Shown piece by piece: positions 40,401 through 52,400 of a stretch of DNA of 64,000 nt; within the stretch, counting starts at the first letter, position 1; each line of letters opens with the position of its first letter. The translations under genes were made by a program, and so were the position numbers. Location: NCBI GenBank assembly GCA_028023455.1, contig JAQFVV010000001.1:7378001-7442000 (forward strand), read 5' to 3'. The notes under the pieces are model-generated. The model was not told the DNA's origin, ran no database searches, and saw only the letters and a list, made by a program, of their open reading frames with translations. Origin of the DNA: Epiperipatus broadwayi. Its lineage: Eukaryota; Animalia; Onychophora.

Positions 40401-43400
40401 TATTTATAAAGTAAATTTGTATAATGTACATCAATAAATGTGCAAAACAACTGTATGCAATATTTGCTGAGCAATGTGGACATGTCCAAAATGAGAAAAT
40501 TGAGTTGACTGAAATGCATCTTGGGAACCATTGATATAATTTTTTTCAAACATCTGCAAACAATATATTTTGAAACTAGCAGTTAATTATTCAATTATGT
40601 ATATACTGTTATATATTGTAACGATCCGGAAAATGCGACTTACCGTAATCTGCACTACGGGGCGCCATCTAGGCATTTGAACCTAGAAAAATTTATAAAG
40701 TAGGCAGATACGTAAGTCAAAAAAAAAAAAAAAAATTTTTTTCTTCCTTTTAAATTTTGCATCCGGTCGTTAGCCCATGTCACTAGCTCAGTGGAATAGC
40801 AGAGATTAAATAATATAAGTCTTATCTAATTAGATTTCAACATTAAAAAAATAAATAAAATAAGCCACTGCCAGTAATTAGCATACAAACATTTATTTAT
40901 GCACATATATATAAGATTTAAAATTATTTTATTATTAGTTTTACATTTTAACATTATTTTTTAACTTTGATTTTTGACTTTAATTTACCTTTAATTACTA
41001 TTACATTCTAATTTTACATTTTAATTAAGTTCGCACAGATGGGATTATAAAAGCTTGTTATAATAAGTTGCTATAGATCGGTTACATAGATTACACGGTC
41101 AAAAACATTCCAAAGTAAACATAAGCGACCAAAATATAAAATTATTGATTACTAACAATTGCGGAGGGAAATTTATATGTAACCCAATAGTATTCACCAT
41201 AAGATACTTGCATTGTCACCAACAACTTAAAAGACATCCGAATAAATACATTTTAGATACTCACCATAAGGTATCATTATTTATCGAATGTCTATATATT
41301 TTGATCAAATATGAAAACGCAAAACATAGTTAACCGATAAACAATCCATGCAAGCGTCTATAAACAACTTAAGTTTAATGCATTTTTATTTAGAATCGAG
41401 TATGAATATTACATAGATTTGCATTGAAATTAAAATATTCTATCCCTATTTAACCTTAGGCTAAAATTCGCCGTCAAACTGTCATCAATCCATCTGATAT
41501 ATCGATGTATTCAATGTAATACGAAATACGCAGCACCAAAAGAATTAAGAAAGACATTGACTCTCAATCAGATAGGAATATTACATCTATCTAACGAGAA
41601 GAACAATAAAAAAAAAACTCCATAGAAAGGAACTGCGTTCTCCGTCTTATAATTCCTTCCATAGGCAAACGGGTGAGTGCGGCATATATATAAACGATTC
41701 TGCCAGTAGCGAATCTCCGATTACATCTACTAACTACATCAATATATCCAATCCATTGACCCAATCTAACAACGACATAAATAACCTAAGATTACCCTCC
41801 CCTAATATAACTTTACAAATCTATACAGCCATTCACGCCCGACTTAAGTTTAACATTTTTATAATTAATTTAACGGAAAACAACAATCATAATAAAACTT
41901 AAAGAACAAAAAATAAATAAATGGAAATGATTTTACAAAATAAATAAGAAAAAAAATACATCAAATAACATTATTAATTTAGTTTGGTCAGATAGGATTC
42001 TATTGCATTATTTACTAAAAAGTTTTAAAATTTAGAGTTCTTATTGTTTCAAGTGAATATATAAGTTCTTACGATTTTTAAAACGTCCAACTTTATCCGT
42101 TGCTTGCCATAAACGTAAATTCCCACGCCGTCCTAAAATTGGTATCCATTTAGCCGTTGTTTTATTTATTCATTCGGAGGTTTTTTAATTTAGTTGGTCC
42201 TCAATGTAGGAAACGATAGTTCATTTCTCCCTTCTTTAACAGCTGAAAGAATTGACCGTGCGTCTGTCAATTCCTCCAACTCCGTACTACTACATATAGT
42301 CACATCGTAATAATCAATTTCCAGTCACTAATTAATAATTTCCAAATTTTCCTTTTATACGTATTCGAAGGATTGAATTTACATTACGTCACCGATGCGA
42401 TGGTCCTTTCGCTGCGGTCCGATTCCATAGGGATTTCTTATTATTTGCTAACAGTTTCTATTGTTTTCTTAGCTGACCGGTGTTTTTACATTTAAATGCC
42501 GAAGGCTGGTTTACATTTAACTAATTAACAATCATTTCCATTTCTGATTAATTAACCTGTTTTCCAAATCAAAAATATATTTAAAGATAAATTTAAAGAT
42601 ATAATTTCATCTCCAAATCTTTTTAAAATTTAGTTTTAAAATACTTTTTCTTTAATAAAGTTTTATTTTAATAATTTTTCATTATCTGTGCGATTTAATT
42701 AATATATAAGAGTTTAAGATGATATTTAATTTCAATTTTTAATTCTTAAAGAAAATTTTTAAATGCGAACTTTTTAATTTACTTTCATGTTTAATAAATT
42801 TAAAAAAAAAAAACAAAAACAATGTAACGAACGTCTATGCTCGTTACAATATAGTATGGTATTTTATAAAATAATAAATATTAAATCTCAGCCATTTCCT
42901 AAAATTTTTTAATTTGTTTTTATATATGTATTTTCTGTCTAACTTTATAAATACAAAATATTAATTTATATAAAAAATTATTATGATTCTCTTGCATGTA
43001 AAAGATGTATTTATCATTCAAATGTTTTTTCTCTCTTTATATATATATATATATTTAGAAAGGACTTGAACTCAGACTTTCAAGCTCCCTACAACTATGT
43101 ACTTTATCTTATATAACAGATACACATGATTACATACATGTGTAAAAGGTAAATGATCTCCAATATACATATTTTGTGCTGAACCAGCACTCATCAGTTG
43201 GTTCAGATCACCATCTCCCACATATATATACAATCAGTGCTCAGTCTATATTAAAATAGCAAATCTTCAAACTTTAATGAGTAAGCATCAATCTTCTTCA
43301 CCTTCCAACTCTTCAGCCATCCATATCACTGAAAATCCAATGATGAAATACTCAAAGCCTTTATTGATGCCAATATTATTGTCATACCCATGTTGACTTT

Positions 43401-46400
43401 TAAGTCATTCTGACCCCTCACATATTAATATGCCCATTTAAATACACAGTAAGAGGGATGGGAAGAATACAGGCTGAATATGTAATATTCAAATATAGAT
43501 ATATTGTCTATATTAAACAATGTAATTAGAAGGAACTTGGAAATCAGACTTTCAAACTCGCTAGAGCTTTGCATTCTATTTTATACAATGGATACACGTG
43601 ACCACATAATTCTTTATATACATAAGCTATGGAGTTTTGCTAGTTCAATTTAAGCAATAAATCACTAAAAATAAATGCATTATTTTTATTTGATAAAAAG
43701 GTCTGCTCACAACAATTAAAAAAAAGCTGGCAAATTATTTACTTTTAAAAATAATAACAGTGTGCATAATAAACAAATCTTTTATTAAATGCTTTATAAA
43801 TTACATACTTTAAACAATATTAAAAGATAACTTATATAATATTTTAAAGGATCCTTATAATATATTTTTATTATTCTTTATATATACAATAATCTTCCAA
43901 TTTTTGGGGTGAATAGCTAAAGTATGTTATTGCACAATACATGCATTGATTCAGAAATGGCACTTCAGGCAGCTTAGAGAGAATATTAGTCACTTTTTTA
44001 CTTGGACATACATATTATAATTACTGCTAATGTCAATAATATTTGTTAATGAAGTTTATTAATCAAACCATATACAAGCATAAAAATGAATAAATAGTTA
44101 GGCATTTATGTCAATGCACAAATAACCAAATATCTCATAAATGTACAGTATTTTAACCAAGATAGGGGCATTGTCAGGTGATCTCTCTTCCCATATGCCA
44201 ATGCAATGATATTTATTAGTTAAATTAGAAATACATGATTTGATTCAAAATAGATATATATATTGAAAAACACATACATACATATAGAATTCTAGGAGTT
44301 GTATCTCTTAAAAACTTAATTATCATATATAAATGAATATTATATGCAATTATTCAAATTAAAAATGCATGATTCTGATCAATAGAATAAAAATTAGTAA
44401 TAACAAAACTCTTGAAAAAAAATACATATTTAATCAACTTTGTTACATATCTTGGGTATATTTTATATATCAGAGTGTGTAATTTATGATATGAGAAATG
44501 TATTTAAAAGAAAATACTAAAAGTTGATTATTATAGTGCAAGTGAATCTGCGGGTACAGTTAATATATATATATGAAATACAATTATAGTCTAATGGACA
44601 TGCAATTAAGAGGAGAAAACTAGTCTTACCCCAGGCCATGAATGAACAGCAATTGAAATGTTGAACAAAGAATCAAGAATTAGAATGGTCTAAGATAAGA
44701 TTGGTTTTCTCCTTAATTACATATACATTAGGCCAGGGGTCCCCAACCCTATGCCCGCAGACCCTTTTATATGTGCCCGCCGCTATATGAACACGATAAA
44801 AAATTATTTATCTGATACAAATAAATTTAATTTTTAAATTTTCTTATAAATTATTGATATGGTTAAAATTTTATTTTTGAAATAAATATTTTTTGTACAT
44901 TATGTGTATTATTAACAATATCCAACTATAAATTTACATGGAAAAAAATAAATGGAGCCCGCCACCTGACTGATATTATAGAATGTGCTCTTAAGTGCAA
45001 AAAGGTTGGGGACCGCTGCATTAGGCTATCTTTAATTTCATATTTACATTTATTAAATTATATTTAATTATTTAAAAAAGGTTATTAAAGAGAAATTTTA
45101 TCTCCATCCTTGTTTGGTTAATTATTAATCTAATAATTAGTAAAGGCCATATTCCAGTTAGTTGATAAATTAATTTGACTCTGAAATTTCATCAATTTTG
45201 ATAAAGATAAGATTACATGCATCAAAAGCTACAAGAATAGACGGATTCATTCTATTCTTGATCCTTTGTTCAACATTTAAAGTGCTTTTTGTTCGTGATT
45301 TGAGATGAGACTGGTTTTCTCCTCTTAATAAGCGGTTAGCATAGTTACCTTCCAAGCAGCTGGGCCGGGTTTTCTTCCCGGTCAACGCTTTGACATATAA
45401 AAAAAAAAATACACATATGTAAATAAGAAATTAACATATCGTAGAGTATATGTAATTAATTGGAGAAAATCAGTCTCACCTCAAGCCATGAACAAATAGC
45501 ATGTCTTGAATAAATATTACTTTTAATGTTGAACAAGGATAAAGAATAGAATGGATTCATTCTATTCATGATCCTTTGTTCAATATTTAATTGTTCATGG
45601 TATGAGGTAAGACTGGTTTTCACTTTAATTATAATTATCATTAAATACAATCCTTTTTAAATGCAGGCGATATAATTCACATTGCCATCTTAATATATGA
45701 CAATATTCTAATAAGAAAATGAAACATTTTCTAATCAACTGATCTTATTGTTTTTTTATTTTATTTATATATATTAATCCAATAGATTGATTTTTTATTA
45801 ATAAAGTAATTTTTTATTTTTTAAATTTTGGCTTTAAAATAAACATTAAACTATAATATATATACAGTATACGGAAAACAGTCAATACTTCAGCAATATT
45901 CTTTGGAAGAACAATGAAGAAGGCATTATTCAGTAAGCTTGTCAAATGGCAAGTAGAAGTTTGGAGTGTTTAGTATCACCTAGCATTTATGGATCACTAT
46001 TTGATGAGTTAATTTTGGACTAATTATTTGAAATAAAAACTTTAAGCTTGATTGGAATCTAAAAAATTAGTTTATCCAGACTGGATACAAACTCTAGATT
46101 GTGGATATTGCAGGACTATGCATTACCTATTATACAAATTTATATGTATATAAAGAAATCATACTATATAAAATCTAAATAATAGTAGCAACAAATCAAC
46201 GATTACTCAAACTTATGCTAGATGGCACTGGAGTTCGAGGGATTTTTTTTTTTTTTTGTTTAGATATGTAAATAATAAACACATAGCATCAATGTGAAAA
46301 ACAGAATATAGCATCAATGTGAAAAACAGAATATATTTATTGAGAAAACTATGAATAGTTTTTATATTATATACACATTGTTTTGCACATCAATGATAGC

Positions 46401-49400
46401 GTTATATATAATTATTAATGTTAAAAAAAAACTAAATTGCTTTATCAGCCAAAGAAAAAAATTCTCTTAATAGCTTTTCAGGTAGAAAAATGGATTTGGA
46501 GATTGAAATTTTGCTGTGTGCTGTGTCCCTGACTATGACTGGGTGATCAGCAAACAAATATACAATAAAATTCGACAGAATAGCAGCACATATATATTTA
46601 GCAATAATAATTTATTAACAATTAGGAAAAAGAATTAGTATACTGATCTTTAACACACATATAAAGTCTGCATTTGAGCGAGCTTTATTTACAGGTTAAT
46701 TACTGGATGGCAAATAATCATTATAAAGTTTAGGTAAGCTATTATACACTTTACCTTCACTAACGTCTATAATATTTATAACATAACCCTCAATGAGCCT
46801 CTTGAAGTGTTTCAAAATAATAAGACCGAGCTGGTCTGTTAAAAGCACTAGTTGGCTTAGTGACCGACAGGAGCAGAAATCCTGGGAACGAAATCCTCTG
46901 ATGATGGTCTTCACTGCTCTTTAATTCGTGGGCACTGACAGTAATAGCAACCACAGAAAGAGTGTGCAGTCCTTCTTCTCTGACTTTTTATATCGATCTC
47001 TTCTTTTGTTTTATATGTCTATTCAATTAATATATACACGAATCTAATTGAAAGCTTTTATTTTTTAAACTTCATTTAATTAAACATTTCTTTTCAATAA
47101 TTTACTTAGCAGCTTTCTTAAATTTAAAATATTTAATATTTTGCATTCTTTCCTCTTACTCCAGAAAACTGTTTAAGCTGATGTATAATTGTTGAATCTG
47201 CCAGTCTTCATATCTGATGTCTGGGTGATCTAGTTGGTTAATCTGGTTGGATTCAGTGTTGATTGCTTCCATGTCTCAGCTTTCTGGTTTTTTATCTTCA
47301 TCCTCGATCGGTATTCTATGTGGTGTTGGTTCAGCTGTATCTTGTATTTCTTGATTTCATCTTTTGGCATGGGCACTGCAATTTGCCAATCTTCTTTGAA
47401 TCACTGACAGACATGATTTACATCTCTTCTGTATGTTGTCTCATCCTGTACTTGGATGATTGCTATTGTTTTTAAAAACCCAAACTCTGTCACCTATTAT
47501 ATATATTTTTTCTCCTTTTCGGTCTGTAATGTTTTTTCATCTTTTTTGTTATTTTATCAGACATACTTGTAAGTAAGTGATAATTTAACTCTCAGTTTCC
47601 TTCCCATCAGCAGTTTTGCCAGAGATTTCCCTGTAGCTGTTAATGGGGTGGAGTGTTGATGCAGCATAGCATTATATATTGCTTGTTGCATACTTACATT
47701 CTTTGACTTCTTAAGGGCTTTTTTAATTATCTGTACGGCCTTTTCAGCAAGGCCATTTGATTCTGGGTGATATGGGGATGCATGTGTGTGTTTGATGACA
47801 TTGTCGATAAAAGTTTTCCATTTCTTGCATGGTGAATCTAGAGCCATTGTCAGACATGATGGTTTCAGATAGACCGTGGCAAATATCCTTTACAATACGA
47901 TACTCCATCAATTTGGAATATGCATCTATGAGTATGAGCAATATCTTGCCATTTATTGGACCTGCATGGTCAATGTGTACTCTCTGTCAGGTTTCTTTGC
48001 TATTGGCTACTGATCATATTGTTTTTGCCTTCATATTAGTTTCATATTGCAAGGTCATGCATTTTGTGATGTATTGCTCGATGTCTGATGCTTTTTTTGG
48101 CCACCAGACATAGCTATGAGCTAATGCTTTGACTTGCACAATTCTGGGGTGACCTTCGTGTAAAAGCTTTAAAACTTGTTGTCTACCTTCCATTGGTATT
48201 TACAACTTGATCCCCCATTAGTACGCACTCTTTATAAGTAAACAATTTCTCGCAGTTTGTTCAGAAGGCTGTGGCAATGTAGTGTGGCTTTGACTGCGGC
48301 CATCTGTTCTTTATCCACTCCATATAGCTTTAGTTATTTTTTGTCCAGCTCACTACTTTTTTATTGTTCAGAATTTTCAATTTCAGCACATCAAGGTAGT
48401 TTATTTCTGTCTATATGCTGCTTGGTTCCTCTTTATTTGGGATCCGGGACAGGGCGTAGGCATGAGAAATTTCTTTGCCCTTCTTATATTCCAGTTTTAA
48501 GATGACAAAATATTCGGTACTGATTTGTTATGTGCCAAAATCTCTAGCAATGGTTTGTGATCAGTTATTATTTGAACCGGTCTGCCGAAAATATATTGAT
48601 GAAATTTTTTCAGATCGAAGATAATAGCTAAAGCTTCTTTATCAATCTGACTAATTTCCCTCTGCTTTTGAGATCATACTTGATGTGTATGTAATGGGCC
48701 ATTCCCCTTTATAACATGGGTGAGAGAGAACTATCCTCACCCCCCACTCTGACACATCCATGGTTAAAAGCAGTTCCAAATTACTATTAAAGTGTATTAA
48801 CAATTTATCAGATGATAATAGGTCTTTAGTTTTGTTAAAGGCTTCATCATGAATTTCCAACCATTACATTTTTGATCTTTTCCAAATAAATCATACAATG
48901 TTTTTGCTGTGTGTGCTTTATTCGCTAAAAAAGGCTAAGAAAAATTTATCAGTCCTAAATACACCTGCTGTTGTTTAATGTTTTTAAGCTTCATCATGTT
49001 TTTCACTGCTCTAACTTTTTTTGGGTTCTGGTTTCTTTCCCCTACTGGAAATTATGTAAGAAAAATCCATTTCTTTTGCATGCCATATGCTCCATACACT
49101 TTTCTGGGTGTTTAATTTTACTCCCATTTTATTTAATTTTTCACATATGGTAAACAGCCTTTTACATAGCATTTCTTCTGAGTTAGCTGTGATGAGTATG
49201 TCATCAAAATAAGGGATAATATCCCCTCCAGGACCTGAAGCATTGTGTCAATTTTCATTTGAAAAATGTTAGGGACTGTTGATATGCCAAATGGTAAATG
49301 ATTACATTTAAATAATGTCAACAGTGTTGCCAAAGTTAATATTTCTCTTGATTTGTCAGTCACTTGTATCTGGTGAAATGTGGAATTTAAGTCCAACTTT

Positions 49401-52400
49401 GTGAAAGGTGAGGCATTTAGAAGACTGGCTAGTACTTTCCTCACATTAGGAATGGGGTATGCTCCCCTGTTCAGATATTTATTTATAGTTACTTTGTAAT
49501 CACCACATAATCTAATTTCGCCATTTGGCTTGCTTAGCACTGCTAAAGGTGTGGCTCAATCTGATGTTTCTATTGGCATTAATAAGTCCTTAGCGACCAA
49601 TGACCTTAGTTTTTCTGCCACTTTCTCTTTTTGTATGAATGGGATTTTCTGAGGTTTACATATGACTGGTTGCGCATTTTCCAGCAACTCTATCTCAGCT
49701 GGACTAATATTAATTAATCCCAATTATTCATTAAACAAATCAGGGTATTTGTATGTCATTTCTTGTTCCAGAATGATTTTCTTAATAATATTTAAATTTG
49801 AATGCCTAATTTGTGGAACTATTCCCTTCCAACTATGGTATTGATCTTCCCTTTGACTATGTATAGGGGTAGATTAACTTTTTCCATATTGGTTAATTGG
49901 TGCCATCACATGGCCTTTTAATCTAAGCATGTTTCAGTTTATATCATATGCCCTAATGTTTGCTTTCTCTATTTTACTTTCAGCATTGGCCAATGACAGT
50001 GACATGAGAGAGATACCTGACCCACTATCAGTTTCCATCACAGTTCCTTGCCGCAAAGTCTCAGCTTCATAAACTGATTTAGACCTTGGGTTCTCATGTT
50101 TTTAATCCTGTAGTAACCTCTCTTATTTTCTTGCATAGGTGACTTTTGCCTTTCCAGTTACCTTCCTGGTTGCACCTTTTTTCCGCATTTAAAGCATGAC
50201 TCTTTAAGCCACCTACATTCTTTTGATATGTGGCCTCTTTTACAGCAACAAAAACATATTACTCTAACATTTTTACTTTTTTCAGCTTTCAGCAGCATGG
50301 ACTTTTCCTGTTCTGTCTAGATACACTTGTTCTAGTGGTTTAATTCCTGTTAGTGCTAAAAAGCTTAACCCATTCAAGCGTTAACTCATACACTATGCCC
50401 TTTTTAATGACCATCTCATACATAATCTCAGGTTCCATGAGAAATTGTCTGACTATCGTCAGGCATTCCCCATAGTAACTTATCCATGAGTATTTCATCC
50501 ATGAACTCGCCATACCCACAACCTTTGTTCAATTCTCTAAGAGCTGCATTATACTCTTTAATTTTTTCACCCTTCAGATGCTTCCTTCTTCATACACTTA
50601 AGCGAGATATGTGCTTTGATGGATGAGGGCTAAAGTGATTGGCTAATTTCTCAATAAGATTTTCATTATTTCCTCTGTAATAGGCAAGTCAAATATTCTA
50701 TTTACGACAGAATTCTATCACTTTAATGCCAGTGAAACACATAAATGCAGATACTTTCCTTTTGTTATTTTCAATACTGTTTAATGTAAAGAACTTTTGC
50801 CACTGCGTAATATACAATGACCATTCAGATGCATTGCTGACCTTGAATTCAGGTATGCAATTCTGCCCAAAAGTATTCGACTGATTAACTGAACAATTAG
50901 CCTTACTATTAACTTTAATGACTATAATTCTGTATGTTTCTCCCTAAGTTCAAAAATCTGATTGCTTAAACTCTTTCCTATTTCCCTAGGTTTGAACAAC
51001 AGCGACTGCCAATAATTTGACTTTTTAAACTTATCTGCTATTCATAGCTTTGATGCAACTGTACCAATAATTTGCTGTGTCCCCAAGTATGATTGGGCAA
51101 CCAGTAAACAAATATACAATAAAACTTGACAGAATAACAGCACATATATATATATATATTTAGCAATAATAATTTATTAACAATTAGGAAAAAGAATTAC
51201 TATACTGATCTTTAACAAACATATAAAGTTTGCATTTAAGTGAACTTAATTCACAGGTTAATTACTGATTAGCAAATAATGATTATAAAGTTTAGGTAAG
51301 CTATTATTCACTTTACCTTCACTAACATCTATAATCTTTATAGCACAACCCTGGAGGTGTTTCAAAATAATAAGACTGAAACGGTCTGTTAAAAGCACTA
51401 ATCAGTTTAGGAGCCGAGATCCTGGGAATGAAGTCCTCTGATGATGATCTTTACTTCTTTTTAACACAGTGATGGTAGCAGCAATCACAGAAAACGGTGC
51501 ACAGTCCTTTTTCTCTGGCTTTTTATATCCATCTCTTTTGTTTTTCTTTTCTGGAGTAATTTGACTTTTGCTTTAATCAGTTTGCTTAATTAATTTACAT
51601 TTTATTTAAAGTTTGTTATTGTAATGGAATTCATCTTAGCTTTTAATTACACATATACAATTAATTAGTCTTAGGAATTCATTTTCACATAAGGTTATTC
51701 ATAAGTCTATTAAATTAATATATCCATAAGTCTAATTAAAAGCTTTTATTTTTTAAACTTTGTTTAATTAAACATTTCTTATCAATGATTTATTTAGTGG
51801 CATTTTTAAGTTTAAAATGTTATATTCTGTCGAGTTTTATTGTATATTTGTTCACTGGTCAACCAGTCATAATTGGGGACACAGCACTGTGCTTAACATA
51901 TTAAAAGATACAGTACTGCATTCATTAAAATGATATAACTACTTCACTCATTTAGAGCTGTTCTTTATTAAATAAGGAAGTGAAATGTGTACCCCATATT
52001 GATAAAGACATTAAAAAAATGTGATTGGAAAGTGCTCAATATATTGTGCAAGTACAAAGATAATTAGCAGAAGCAAATCAATTTGTTGCTCAGCTTTGTG
52101 TATCTGATGACATTGAATCTATAATTTTAAGACCACTTTTTTTTTTAGAATGGGCATAATAAATTCCTAAAAAAATATTTTATACTGAATTTAAGTATGG
52201 ATTTCACGGCAGAGGCAGGTCATTATAAACATTAAAAATAACATAAAGCAAATGGTTGTGGATAGAATGTAATTAGTTAAAATTTTAGAAGTCTTTTAGA
52301 AAAAAAATGTTTTTGGAGAAGAGATTAAAAGCAGCCCCACAAAGTGTCAAATAAATAGACTTTAATAGTGATCAGACTAGGTTGTATAATCATCACAAAG

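Larger units (their letters stand above)
46519..51886 (-). mobile_element. Full-length decayed Gypsy LTR retrotransposon, Mag clade (K02A2.6-like pol), 5368 bp
   Basis: TG...CA ends, 5-bp TSD CTGTG (46514-46518 / 51887-51891), LTRs at 46519-47145 and 51073-51886, PPT AAGAGGAAAGAA (minus strand, from 47146), PBS-like TGGTACAGTTG (51066-51056), and gag-PR-RT-RH-IN order. Confidence 0.93.

Noticed and set aside
43037-43610. Two diverged B-box-like repeats (ggacttgaactc / ggaacttggaaatc) flanking an RT-like scrap; possible tRNA-derived SINEs or tRNA genes
   Set aside because: No cloverleaf and the A box is unclear; at most old SINE and LINE debris.
43900-43990. About 90-bp sequence also found at about 60712-60800
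   Set aside because: It is a real dispersed repeat fragment, but has no ends or motifs to classify it.
46283-46332. Perfect 25-bp tandem duplication atagcatcaatgtgaaaaacagaat
   Set aside because: Two units only, consistent with slippage; not a CRISPR array (no spacers, eukaryotic context).
47263-49844. Plus-strand ORFs at 47263, 47829, 48257, 48971 and 49662
   Set aside because: Antisense to the Mag pol gene.
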